Source: Chiloscyllium plagiosum (lineage: Eukaryota). From it: 64,000 nt of DNA. The notes below the pieces were generated by a model. It saw nothing but the letters and a program-made list of their open reading frames with translations, had not been told where the DNA came from and made no database searches. Shown in pieces: positions 40,991 to 54,085 of this stretch; the stretch's first letter is position 1; the number at the start of each line of letters is the position of its first letter. The translations under genes and the position numbers were made by a program. The DNA lies in the NCBI RefSeq assembly GCF_004010195.1, contig NC_057718.1, positions 47,962,507 to 48,026,506 of the forward strand. The letters run 5' to 3'.

Positions 40991-41305
40991 TAGATTTTTA
41001 GATTACATTACAGTGTGGAAACAGGCCCTTCGGCCCAACAAGTCCACACCGACCCGCCGAAGCGCAACCCACCCATATCCCTACATTTACCCTTTACCTA
41101 ACACTACGGGCAATTTAGCATGGCCAATTCACCTGACCTGCATATCTTTGGACTGTGGGAGGAAACCGGAGCACCTGGAGGAAACCCACGCAGACACGGG
41201 GAGAACGTGCAAACTCCACACAGTCAGTCGCCTGAGGCGGGAACTGAACCCGTGTCTTTGGTGCTGTGAGGCAGCAGTGCTAACCACTGTGCCACCGTGC
41301 CGCCC
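40991..41305 (-). mobile_element. HE1 SINE, young copy
   Basis: Reverse complement of 42233-42550; CpG-rich. Confidence 0.95.
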
Positions 41306-41769
41306 TTGTTTTAAATTGGGTAATTTGACCAATCTAATTGCATTTGGAATGCAACATCTTACATTTACCTTTAAAATAAGAAAAGTCTAGGGTCTAGATT
41401 AGCTTCTGAACAGTTTGAGGGAGTTTGGTCTGGCTTATGCTAATCCACTAGCCTATCATTAGTTTTTAACTGCTTTGTGTGCCTTCACTTTTGATTGAAT
41501 GTTCTCCTTAACCACTGTTGCTAACCACAGATGGTTTATCCTTCTCATCAAAACTTTCTTTTTGACTTGATTGGAATTTTGCAGAGAATTATAATGCAAG
41601 TGCTTAAATGCCTGCCACTGCTCTGGCAACTCTTTCCCTTATACTTTGCATTTGCCCTTACCTAACCGGAGACCTGTGGTTTGAGATTCAAGTTGCACTC
41701 ACTCAAATGAACTGAAAATTCTACCGTGTTGTGATCGCTAGAAAAATTTTATTTAAAGAATCCCTAAAA

Positions 41770-42081
41770 AGTGTAGAAACAGTCCCTTCGGCCCAACAAG
41801 TCCATACTGACCTTCCCAGACCCAATGCCCAAAACTACGGCTCTACATTTACCCCTGACTAATGCACATACCCTGAACACTATGGGCAATTTAGCATAGC
41901 TAATTCACCTAACCTGCACATCTTTGGATTGTGGGAGGAAATTGGAGCACCAGGAGGAAACCCATGCAGACATGGGGAGAACATGCAAACTCCATACAGA
42001 CAGTCGCCTGAGGCTGGAATTGAACCCGGGTGTCTAGTGTTGAGAGGCAGCAGTGCTAACCACTAAGCCACCATGCCGCCC
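41770..42081 (-). mobile_element. HE1 SINE
   Basis: Antisense head gcagcagtgctaaccactaagccaccatgccgccc and V-domain. Confidence 0.9.
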
Positions 42082-42232
42082 CTCCTGAGAGGGACCTTAA
42101 CCATAAAATGTCTTATTAATCTTACCTCATTACAAATTAATGGACCTAAAACAGCCTGTTCCTGATAAGGTAATGCATTGCAGAACCTAAGAAACAATCC
42201 CTGAAGTGCTCTCGAAATCAATCACCGATCAC

Positions 42233-42550
42233 GGGCGGCACGGTGGCACAGTGGTTAGCACTGCTGCCTCACAGCGCCAGAGACCCGGGTTCAATTCCCG
42301 CCTCAGGCGACTGACTGTGTGGAGTTTGCACGTTCTCCCAGTGTCTGCGTGGGTTTCCTCCGGGTGCTCCGGTTTCCTCCCACAGTCCAAAGATGTGCAG
42401 GTCAGGTGAATTGGCCATGCTAAATTGCCCGTAGTGTTAGGTAAGGGGTAAACGTAAGGGTATGGGTGGGTTGCGCCTCGGCGGGTCGGTGTGGACTTGT
42501 TGGGCCGAAGGGCCTGTTTCCACACTGTAAGTAATCTAATCTAATCTAAT
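42233..42550 (+). mobile_element. HE1 SINE, young full-length copy
   Basis: GGGCGGCACGGTGGCACAGTGGTTAGCACTG (A box), GGGTTCAATTCC (B box), V-domain and (TCTAA)n tail. Confidence 0.95.
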
Positions 42551-42914
42551 GTTACTTTGCACATCTGATTTGTCCAGTCAATAAGCAGATTAAAATCACC
42601 AAAGACAATTGTAGTGCCCTTCTCACATGCCTTCATTATTTCTTGCTTTATACTTTGTCCAAAAATGAGACAACTCCTTAGAGTCTTATAGACAGCTCCA
42701 AAGCATCACTACATAACCTTGCCATTCCTTATTTCAATGCAAACGAATTCCACATCATGATCAAGTACTTATATCACCACTCAGATTGCAGCGATATCTT
42801 TCCTTGTTAATAAAGTTACCCCAAGTCCATTTATTTCTTGCCTAATCATCTGGAACGTCAAATATCCTTGAATACTGAGTTCCTAGTCACCCTGCAATCA
42901 TTTCAATATTTAAA

Positions 42915-45900
42915 AGTCATAGAATCATAGAGATGTACAACACGGAAACAGAACATTCAGTCCAACTCACCCAAGCCAGCCAATTATCCTGACCTAATCT
43001 AGTACCATTTGCCAGCACTTGGCCCATATCCCTCTCAGCCCTTCCTATCATATACACATCCAGATGCCTTTTAAATGATGCAATTGTACCAGCCGCTCAT
43101 TCCATACACACACCCACCCTCTACATGAAAGTGTTGCCCCTTCGATCTCTTTTGTATCTTTCCCCTTTCACTTTGAACCTACGTCCTCTAGGTCTGGACT
43201 CCCCACCCCAGGGAAAAGACTGCCCCTCATGATTGTATAAACCTCTAAGGTCACCCCTCAGCCGTCAACGCTCCAGGGAAAACAGCCCCAGCCGATTTAG
43301 CCTGTCTCTATAGCTCAAGTCCTCCAAACGTGGCAACATGCTTGTAAATCTTTTCTGAACCATTTTAAGTTTCACAACATCCTTCCGATAGGAAGGAGAC
43401 CAGAATTGCATTCAATATTCCAACAATGGCCTAACAAATGTCCTGTACAGCTACAAAATGACCCCCCCAACTCCTATAATCAGTGCTCTGACCAATAAAG
43501 GAAAGTGTTCCAAACACCTTCACCATCCTATCTACCTGTGACTCCACTTTCAATGAGCTATGAACCTTTGTTCAGCAATACTCCCCAGGACCTTACTAGT
43601 AAATGCAAGTCCTGCTAGGATTTGCTTTTCCAAAATGCAGCACCTTACATTTACCTAAATTAAACTCCAACTGCCACTTCTCAGCCCATTGGCCCATCTG
43701 ATCAAAATCCTGTTGTAATCTGAGGTAACCTCCTTCGCTGTCCACAATTTTGGTGTCATCTGCAAACTTACTAACTATACCTCCAATGTTCATATCCAAG
43801 TCATTTATATAAATGAAGATAAGTAGTGGACCCAGCACCGATGCTTGTGGGACATCACTGATCACAGGCCTCCAGTCTGAAAAGCAACCCTCCACCACCA
43901 CCTTCTGTCTTCTGCTTTCAAGCTACTTCTGTATCCAAATGCCTAATTCTCCCTCTATTTCATGAAGTCTAACCTTACTAATGAATCTGCCACGAGGAAC
44001 CTTGTCAAACGCCTTACCGAAATCCATATAGATCACGTCCATCGTTCTGCCCTCATCAATCCACTTTGTTACTTCATCAAGTGAATAAGACATTATCTCT
44101 CACGCCATGCTGATTATCCCTAATCAGTCCTTGCCTTTCCAAATACATGTAAATCCTGTCTCTCAGGATTCCCTCCAACAACATGCCCACCCACCGATGT
44201 CAAGCTCACTGGTCTATAATTCCCTGGCTTTTTCTTGCCACATTTTTAAAAATAGAGGCACCATGTTAGCCAACCTCCAGTCTTCTGGATTCTCACCTGC
44301 AACTATCCATGATACAACTATCTCAGCAAGGGGTCCAGCAATCACTTCCCTACCCTACCTTCCCATGGAATTCTAGGGTACACCGGATCAGGTACTAGGG
44401 ATTTATCACTTTTATGCACTTCAAAACCATCCAGCACTTCCTCCTCTGTAATATGGACATTTTTTAGGTTGTCACCATCTATTTCCCAACATTCTATATC
44501 TTCCATGTCATTCTCCACAATAAACACTGATGCAAAACACTCGTTTAGCATGTCCCCCATCTCCTGTGGCTCCACACAGACTGCCGAGCTGATCTTTGAG
44601 GGGCCCTATTCTCTCCCTAGCTACCCTTTTATCCTTAATTTCCTTAACCCTATTTGCTAAAGCTATCTCATGTCCTCTTTCTGCCTTCCTGATTTCCCAC
44701 TTCAGTATACTCCTACTGCCTTTATACTCTAAGGATTCACTCGATTTCTCATGTCTATACCTGATATACGCTTCCTTCTTTTTCTTAAACAAACCCTCAA
44801 TTTCTCTAGTCATCCAGCATTTTCTACACCTACTAGCCTTTCCTTTCACCCTAACAGGAATACATGTCTCTGGACTCTCGTTATCTCATTTCTGAAGACT
44901 TCCCATTTTCCAGCTGTCCCTTTACCGGTGAACATCTGCTACCAGTCAGCTTTTGAAAGTTTTTGCCTAATACAGTCAAAATTGGCCTTGCCCCAATTTA
45001 GACCTTCAACTTTTAGATCCGATCTATCCGTTCCCATCACTACTTTAAATCTACTAGAATTATGGTCACTGACCCCAAAGTGCTCCCCCACTGTCACTCC
45101 GTCATCTGCCCTGCCGTTTTTCCCAAGAGTAGGTCAGGTTTTGCACCTTCTGTAGTAGGTACATCCACATATTGAATCACAAAATTTTCTTGTACACAGT
45201 TAAATTCCTCTCCATCTAAACCTTTAACACTATGGCAGTTTCAATCTATGTTTGGAAAGTTAAAATCCTCTACCATAAACACCCTATTATTCTTACAGAT
45301 AACTGAGATCTCCTTACAAACTTGTTTCTCAATTTCCCGCTGACTATTGGGGGGGTCTATAATACAATCCCAATAAGGTGATCATCCCTTTCTTATTTCA
45401 CAGTTCCACTCAAATAACTTCGGGAGGATATTCTTGGGAATACATCCAGGGAAGTACAAGCCCGGTAATCTATCCCTTATCACAAACAACACTTCCCCTC
45501 CTCTCTTGCCCCCCTTTCTATCCTTCCTATAGCATTTATCCTCGAACATTAAGCTGACAGTCCCATCCATAACCGAGCCACATTTCTGTAATCGCTATGA
45601 TATCCCAGCCCCACGTTCCTAACCATGCCCGGAGTTGATCTGCCTTCCCTGTTAGGTCTCTTACACTGAAATAAAAGCAGTGTAATTTATCACTCCTACC
45701 TTGTCCTCTGCTTTGTTCCTGCCTGCCCTGACTGTTTGACGCGCTTCCTTTCTTAACTGTACCAGTCTCAGATTGATCTCCTTCCTCAGTTTTCCTAGGT
45801 CTCACCCCCACTCCTTACTAGTTTAAATCTTCACGAGCAGCTCTAGCAAATCTCCCTTGCAGTATGAGCCCCTTCCAATGCAGGTGCAATCCATCCTTCT

Positions 45901-47322
45901 TGTACAGGTCACTTCTACCCCAGAAGAGATTCCAATGATCCAAAAATGTGCAACCTTCTCCCATACACCTGCTCTTCAGCCACGCATTCATCTACTGTAT
46001 CTTCCTATTTCTGCCCTCACTAGCTCACAGTACTGGGAGCAATCAGATATTACTACCCTCGAGCATCTCATTTTTAAATTCCTGCCTAACCTTCTATATT
46101 CTCTCTTCAGAATCTTACCCTTTTCCCTTCTTGTCGTTTGTTCCAATATGTATAATGACCTCCTGCTGGTCCCTCTCCCCTTTGACAATATTCTGCACCC
46201 TCCGAGACATCCTGGAGCCTGACACCAGGGAGGGACACACCATTCCGATTTTTCACCATTGGCTGCAGAAATGTCTATCTGTGCCTCTGACTAGAGATCC
46301 CCTATCACAATCGATCGCTTGGAACCTGATGTACCGCTCATTGCGATAGAGCCTGTCTTGCTACCAGAAATTTGGCTGTTCATGCTACATTCCCCATGTA
46401 GGGAGTCCATCACTCCCTACATTTTCCAAAACAGCATTCTTGTTTGAAATGGGGATAGCCACAGAGGACTCCTACACTACCTGCCTATCATTCCTGGAGT
46501 TAACCTATCTACCAGACTGTATTTGCATTTTTCTCCCTTCCTCTATCTGCCATGCATCACATCCCCTAGTTCTTGTAAATTCCTCATTGCCTCTAACTGT
46601 CGCTCCAACTGATACAGGTGATCTGATAGGTTTGACAACCAAACACACTTACTGCAAACATAATCAGTAAAATGGAAACTCTCCCTAAACTCCCACATCT
46701 GACAAGAAGAGTGCATCACTCTACTAAAAGCCATCTCTGCTCCTTCACAATGTACAGACCCAGAAAATAGCACCATCTTTTTGCTCTAAAAAAGTGCTCC
46801 AGGCTAACTTAGCACTTATAGTTTATATTTTTTAAAATTTAATAGAGAGACAGATTTCAATAAAACATATAATCAAGAAAGAACCCAAGCTACTTACTAC
46901 TGCAGACTTATAGCAAGATTACACATTATGCGCTTATCTGTTCCTGTGCTGTGAGCTCTCCCACACAGGTTCCTCCAAGGTTAGCTGTGAATTTCGCTCC
47001 TTGTTAACTTTTTTCTAGATGCACTCCGATGTCCAGCAATACATGAACTCAAACAGCAAAGGCAGTAACTGTACAGGTTCACTGCTGTGTAAGTTAGCAG
47101 TGTAGTTTCTTTCTCTCTCACCCCCTCCTGACCATGCGCTCGGTGCCTTTTGTCTGTCTTTCACCCTTTTTAAAGTACCGTCGTTTTGATTTTCCTCCCC
47201 CCAAAGTTCCAAAACAATGCAAAAGCTGCTCCTGGAATTTGAGGAAATCACCTCCAAGACCTAAAATGCCTCAAAAAGGAGCAGCTTTTACAGCCACAAT
47301 TTATCCCCCATCCTCCATTGTG
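42915..47322 (-). mobile_element. Near full-length CR1 LINE (5'UTR, ORF1, ORF2), inactivated
   Basis: ORF1 N-terminal Zn-finger/coiled coil 46543..46776 (HSSCQMWE...YVCSKC...LERQLE), ORF1 esterase region ~45850-46350, endonuclease 45382..45811 (DIIAITEMW), RT 43596..43901 (VPQASVLGP...FADD), ctatga tail at ~42915-42932. Confidence 0.92.
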
Positions 47323-47542
47323 GATTTATCAAGACATATATTTATTTTTATTTGTACGGCCAACTCGCATGCTGTCAGCTTTGCCTTAACTTCTGAATCT
47401 AATTTCTACTGCACTTTTCTGCATGTACTTTCTATCCCTTCCTGTCACACTTGAAAACTGTTTGCCTCTCACTACACTGCATCACTGCTCTTTCTTTTTG
47501 GATGGTATAATTGAATCCTTCCCCTTACTAACTATTTAAAAA

Positions 47543-47635
47543 GGAGAAAGTGAGGACTGTTGATGCTGGAGATAAGAGTCGAAAAGTGTGGTGCTCTGTG
47601 GAGCAGGAGAATTGACATTTCGGGCATAAGCCCTT
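47543..47635 (-). mobile_element. PLE-derived 3' fragment, same family as 1-172
   Basis: Antisense aagggcttatgcccgaaatgtcaattctcc; the CTGA half of the hammerhead core is missing. Confidence 0.65.
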
Positions 47636-47639
47636 GCAA

Positions 47640-47713
47640 CAGTTGGCTGGAATTGAACCTGGGTCCCTGGAGCTTGCAGCAGCAGTGCTAACCACTGAGC
47701 CGCTATGCTGCCC
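47640..47713 (-). mobile_element. HE1 SINE 5' fragment
   Basis: ggaattgaacctgggtccctgg...gcagtgctaaccactgagcc. Confidence 0.75.
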
Positions 47714-48236
47714 ATATTTCTACATTACATTTCTTTTTCCTCCTTCTGCTTGAATGGTGCTGTGGACTACAGTTGAAATTACATCAAATTTGGTCCAGGA
47801 CACCGGTCCCAGCACATTTCAAAGCAAACTTGTATAAACAGAATAGCTTTTCCTTTCCCCTATAATGGTACCACTGCCCCATGAATCAGACTCCAATTCT
47901 CCCACATGAATTTTTGAGAGCACACATTGACCTTTCCAATTTTATTTACCTAACACCTGACTTAAGTAGCAATCAGAAGATTATTACATTTCTGGTTCTA
48001 CAATTTAGTTTAGCCCCAAGCTGCTCATCATCCCCAATTAGAACCTCTTTGCTAGTCTTACCACTGTCAATGGTAAGAATGTGGACAATGACAACTGGAT
48101 CCTTCCACCTCCCACTCAAAGTTCCTCACCAGTTCAGTAGAGATCTCCTGAACCTTGGCACGGGGAGGCAATGCAGTCTTTGCTGCATAAAACAGTATCT
48201 ATTCCCTTTACCATGCTATGTCCTATTACTACTAGG

Positions 48237-48495
48237 ATCATAGAAGTGCAGAAAGAGGTTATTCAGCCTAGAGAGTCTGCACCAATCCTCCAAAGAACAC
48301 CGCACCCAGACTTAGTCCCTCACTCTATCCTTAAACCCACATTTACTATGGCTAATCTACCTAGCCTGCACATGCCTATACACAATGGGGCAATTTAACA
48401 TGGCCAATCTACTTAACCTGCACACCTTTGGACTGGGGGAGGAAACAAGAGCAGATGGCAATCCCATGCAGACACAGGGAGAACATGCAAACTCT
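48237..48495 (-). mobile_element. HE1 SINE 3' fragment
   Basis: gggcaatttaacatggccaatc...acctgcacacctttggactg...acatgcaaactc. Confidence 0.75.
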
Positions 48496-49601
48496 GGGCC
48501 TTAGCACTTGAAAGCATGGCCAAAAATGGTGGGGGAAACAAAAAAAAAGAAAGCATCAGGGATGGTCATGAAAATCAAGGACGGACAATTTAAAATCAAA
48601 GTGTTCCTAGTCAGGAGCTATATACTTCAGTGAGTACAGGGGTGAGAGATAAACAGCATTTGCATTGAGCAAGGACACGAGCAGCAGAACTTTGGATGAT
48701 GTTTAAGTTTATGGAGGGTAACACATGACTGATTGACCATTGTAATGGTCAAGCCTATTGAGTAAAAAAAAGGAGAGTTCCAGCAGCAGATAACCCGAGA
48801 TAGGGTAAACTCAGAACATGTTAGAGGAGTGAAAATAGACACAGTCTTAGTGATAAGACGACTCTGGATTCAGAAGCTCAGTGGTTAAGTTGATGCCAAG
48901 TTTGAGAACAGCTGGTAAAACTTCAAACAGTTGTTAGAGTGAGTGACAGAACTTCTCTAGGTAGAGAATGGAGTTGATGGCAGCGACTTCAATCTTTACG
49001 TTATTTTGTTGGTGAAAATTTCTGCTCAGCTGGCAATGGTTGACATTGCAGCTGTCAAAGTGTTGTGGCTAGGAGAATCTGAATGCTGCTTATGTAGAAG
49101 TGGAATATGATTGCACATTATGATGTTGTGGATTAGCTTGTCGATGAGAAAGAGGATGGGTAAAGGATAGATTTTGAGGCTGGGGAGGAGTGGTGGTGGC
49201 TGGCGGTGGGAAGAGATCAAAGCCTATGGTGCAGAATATGAGGAGAAACCAATGCAACGGATCTTGGACTACAAGATAAATAAGATTTAGATTTTAGAAA
49301 CCTTTAAGCATCAGTATTATTCAGCTGCATCTCACGGAGTACTTCTACTGCTACTACTGTATATTGTTCCCAAGGTGCAACAGCCAGAGTGAACATTACA
49401 TTTTAAATGGAGTCTAGCCAGAACTTTATATAGTAGTAATAACTTTCACCCCTTTGTATTCTATCCTTTTTAGAGATAGTGGCCAACATTCCATTAGCCT
49501 TTGATGATGTAATAAAAAGACAGTATAGTTTAGGGGCTGTCTGACCTACATGGAAACCAGTGCCAATTTAATATCGAGATCAAGGTATGGAGTGATCAAC
49601 A

Positions 49602-49730
49602 GTTGAAACTTTATTGCTGGAACAGCACAGCAGGTCAGGCAGCATCCCTGGATGCTGCCTGACCTGCTGTGCTGTTCCAGCAATAAAGTTGAAACTTTGA
49701 TCTCCAGCATCTGCAGACCTCACTTTCTCC
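49602..49730 (+). mobile_element. 129-bp PLE-derived insertion with inverted 5' part and 15-bp TSD
   Basis: Direct repeat ATGGAGTGATCAACA at 49587-49601 and 49731-49745; perfect 41-bp inverted repeat 49607-49647 / 49650-49690. Confidence 0.85.
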
Positions 49731-50019
49731 ATGGAGTGATCAACACCCAACTGCTGGGTATTTATTTGGCCAAGATAGAATATGCACACTCACTCTGTAG
49801 AATCAGTTTAATATAAAAACAAAGTAGAGCATTTAATTTGGAGAATCATTTCAAAAATGTAGTCTCTCCCAAGCATTTTTTAGATATTTTATTTCGATGA
49901 TATATTTATTAGTCTCAAACAAGATGTGCATGACATGGGAACCGGATGGGGAAACTAGCCTAGAGACTAGGATATTTTTTTCACAAAAGGTCTACAGATT
50001 TGAAGTACTAGAAATGCAT

Positions 50020-50300
50020 CAATGTGGTAGCATACTCAACTGAGTCAAATAGTCATGGCTTCAAACCCCACTCCACTGTCTTGAAGAAATAATCCACATT
50101 ATTCACCAAGTGTGGTATTGAGGGAATGCCACACTAGATGGTAATGTGACATTCCCTCAATATCGTGCCTAGTGGGGTAATTCATTTAGATGTTAAGCAG
50201 ACTCACTGCCTGCTCTCACAAGTGGGCATAAAAGACAATATGGGATATATAAAGAATAGGAAATTTTACTGTGTATTGGCTGTCAATTAAGATTACTAAA
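50020..50300 (+). mobile_element. Degenerate Deu-domain SINE containing a local inverted duplication
   Basis: gtggtagcatactc..ctgagtca..ggcttcaaaccccactcca head; gtattgagggaatgc; ctgcctgctctcacaagtggg. Confidence 0.6.
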
Positions 50301-53300
50301 AAACAATTGCTATATCTGACAGAATCTATGACTCTTTGTGAGACCTTAGTCTCCAGAGATAGTGTTATGATATGGGAAAATGTGGCAGCCTAACAACAAT
50401 TTGAAGTACTCCACTGGTTTAGTAGCATTTATGGAAGACTTGTGGCTGTGAAATACGTTCTATAAATGCAGGTTAGTTCATACTCTTAATAAATAAGGAT
50501 TAAATGAACAGAAGTGGAAATGGCAAAGGGGATATTTTTGCAATCATGGTTTAGGCAGCAAATCTTGGGGGGAGATCACCATCCAATATAGACATCGCAT
50601 GTTTTATATTTTCATTGTAGAAATACAAACCAGACTGCTTTTGCAACAGATGAGACACCTGTATCAGAAGTTTATTGTCTCGGCAATTGATGTTAAAAAA
50701 GCCTGAAGACTGCTTTAAAAGTAGACTGAAGTGCATTATCAAGATTCAATTGACAGCCCTTTAAATTCTACAAAGAACTGCTTTTTTCATTTTAAAGTAT
50801 ATTTTGTTCCTAAAGACAAATTCTGCACAAACAGCTAGAAAGTGGGTCAAACAATCCCTGCATTATCACATTGGATGCTGGCTTCTCCTTCTTTGACGAT
50901 CAGATACTTGTAAATAGACTTTTATTTCACTCTATTTTCCTGGGTTTGAAAAAAACCCATTTACAATGCCTTTGTTTTAATACAGCTGAAGTCATTAGAC
51001 AATAGTTAAGTGTCTTCAGACTCATTCTTGGCCACATCAATAACTAAGTATAAACTAATAGCTCCTGTTCCTCAATCTAACTCAAAACTACTAAATATTG
51101 AAGAGATTCAGTAATGGATCCAAAATAATAAAAGTGCTCCATTGAGCTCTAGATTACAGAAAATACATTTTTCAAACTTTTCTTCATAACTAACATACTT
51201 CAAGTTGAAGGCCATACTTTATCTGAGCATTTGTGAGAAGTAACCATAATGGAACAAAGAAATATTTCAAAATAAAGATTTGTTATGGTCTTATCAAGAA
51301 TTTGTCTGAAAATTATCTGAGCCTGGTTTCCTCCCCCTCTTGAAGTGAATGAGAAAGACACCATTATTGATCTCCTAATCAATGCTATTGTACCGAGGCT
51401 ACAAAGTGAAACATGAGGTTTCTTTGTTTAATCTCTGCATCCTGTCAATTTTGCCTGATCACACTCCCATGAAACATTTTACAATATTAAAACAGCAATT
51501 TAAGTTTTAAAAAAAGTTTTGCCATTTCAGAAATTCCATTACTTCATGAAAGTAACAAGTAGCAGGAAGTGTGGCAACCTGGACTTGTAACATAAGGTCT
51601 TATAACTAAATACCAAGGTCTAAGTTTCCTTTTTTATACTCTAGGATAAAGACTCATCATGTAAGGAAAGACATGTTATGAAAGCGATGCCATTTTCAGC
51701 TACTGACCTTTTACAAAACAGTAGCTTACAATAAATTTTTCTTTGGTGTATTGGTAAACTGAATGGTTTTTGGTCTTACATTAGAGATGTGTAATAGTAA
51801 AAGGCAAGGTAAGTATTCCCACACGGTTCTTGCTGAGGGATCATTGCAATTTTCAAGGAAGAAATGGGGTATAGGGAAAAAAGGTTTCGGTTGTCCTGGA
51901 TTTGTACTTCACACTTCAGTTTCTTGTAAGTTATTAAACATATGTTTGTTTCTCTTCATATCTGCTTTCCATAATGTTGTCAGTCCAAATTTTGGGTCAC
52001 ATTTCTTTCTTGTATCAGGAGCCAAATTGTCCCTCCACTTTCATTCAACTTTTTTTCATTTGTTTTTAGAATTTAGAGAAGCTTGCACAAAATTGTGTGC
52101 AAAGGCATTAGTCCTACATTCTCCACATTCTGACAATGCTTGATTTCTTTTCTGGGAGGGTGGACGAAGTAGGTGTAAGTGGCTTGGGTCAAATCCATAG
52201 TTATCCTTAAGCTATGGGTTATGTCATAAATTTAATTACTGGACCAACCATATTACAGCATTTGTTACAATGCTATCTTTTTTGCCTTTCCTTTAATTTT
52301 TTTTGAATGCACGATTACACATTTTGTTGAACCTTATTCTTGCTTAATTAAAATGCGCAGCATTTTATGAGCCTATGAAGCTCTAATGTACCTTTTACTA
52401 TTATACATCTCTTATGTAAGACCAAAAACCATTCAGTTTATCAAGACACCAAAGAAAAATTTATTGTAAGCTACTTACTTTGCACCTGTAGCACTCAACT
52501 GTCCAATTCTGGCTGAATTCGCTCACTTGCCAGAGTGGGAAAAAATTTGCCAGTAGCAATTTTGCTCTGAACTGCTACACACACACACAACTTGAGGGCA
52601 TGGCAGTTAAAGGGAAATTAATGCTGCAATAGGTAACAAAGGACCTTGCTGTTCCGATGGATGGAGTGGTGCAGAGGAGATCTGGTGATATTGCCCAGCA
52701 CTACCAGAGAATGCCACAACAACAGATCTTGTCAGTCTGAGCCAAGGTCGCTCTCGGAGTCAGTGAAGTTTCAACTGCCCGGAGAAACACCCAGCAATGC
52801 AGGAAGCAAGTCAATGACTTTCTGCATCCATCAGGGTAAGTGCCATCATCTTCTCTCTGCCACTTCACTTGCAGTCCAATTCTGCCATTATACTCAGTCC
52901 CACCAAGACTCATGCTGCACCCCTCACTTTCACATGCAACATCCACTCCCACTCTTGCAAACTTGAAGTCTTATCCCTACATGTTGTTTCCTGGACCAAG
53001 GTATGGAAGCAACAGCTGGGTGTACCATGAACATACAATGAGTGAATCGCAGGTGCCTGCAACTTTGACAACAGGGATTTATCTTTTAAAAGGGATTAAA
53101 ATCACAGGCACTAGTGGAGTAGAGCTGTTGGCTTGCACGAAATGGTGAGGAGTCCTTGAACGAAGGAAGGAGTTGGACTGCACACAGTAGGCTAATGCTC
53201 AAGGTCATAAGGAATGTTGAGTTTGCCAGTGTGTCACCTTCACTATACATGTTTCCCTCTGAATGTTCTACATAGATCTAACTTGTAGGACCCTCTCTCG

Positions 53301-54085
53301 CAGATAACAGCATTTACCCCACCCACTCATTGTAGTTGCAGCTAGTTTCATTCCAATATATACTTATGATTTTACAGAATGATGGAAGCCAACAGTGGCT
53401 GTCTTCTGTCACAAAAGTTAGGGTGCTGCTCACCATTGAGCACACTTCTCCTGCATAACCATTCGCCCTTCTACGCTCCCCTCCCTCCAGTGTCAACTTT
53501 CCTCTACACTGCCTTCATCCCCACTGCTTCCCAGCACTCTTCCTCCATCTTCCACAGCACCAGCCCCAAAAACCTACTGCTACTCCCTGTTCAACCCAGC
53601 ATTTAGTTATGGAATCATCAGGCTGACTGTGGCTAGACACTGAGTAACTTAGCCAAAGAATAACCCCAAAGAATGAGTGACCACACCTCTGACTGATCTG
53701 ATAGTTCTACAACTCCCAGCGGTGTTCCCATGATTTGCTGGATAGGTTGCACTGGACCCATAGGACTGTGATGCACTTGCAAGACTGAAGAGGTACAACT
53801 CGTTGACCATGTGTGCCCCGATCAAATGTCTGGCCATGTCGAAAGCCTTTGACGGATATGGAAAATTGCCATTAATTTAGTGTACCAGACTCCCCTGACT
53901 GGTGCCTCTGTGGACAATGAGGATTAAAAATTTGAGACATGGTAGTTTGCTTGATGTATACGTCAAGCTGGTACGATGCCAGTACATTATGAAAGAGTGG
54001 GTGTGACATTGCAATGTACCATATAACAACATGCTAACCCACCTGTTAAGAGCTGCCTGGCTATGCATAATTGATGGTAGCCCAC

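Larger units (their letters stand above)
39640..48230 (-). mobile_element. Old, fragmented CR1 LINE hosting several nested insertions
   Basis: Colinear antisense CR1 pieces at ~39640-39905, 40420-40500, 41440-41740, 42085-42230, 42550-42910 and 47325-48230. Confidence 0.55.

Noticed and set aside
42233..42305. tRNA gene
   Set aside because: The A and B boxes belong to the tRNA-derived head of an HE1 SINE, followed by the V-domain and LINE tail.
40986..42525. Near-identical short ORFs suggesting a duplicated peptide gene
   Set aside because: They are chance frames through HE1 SINE copies.
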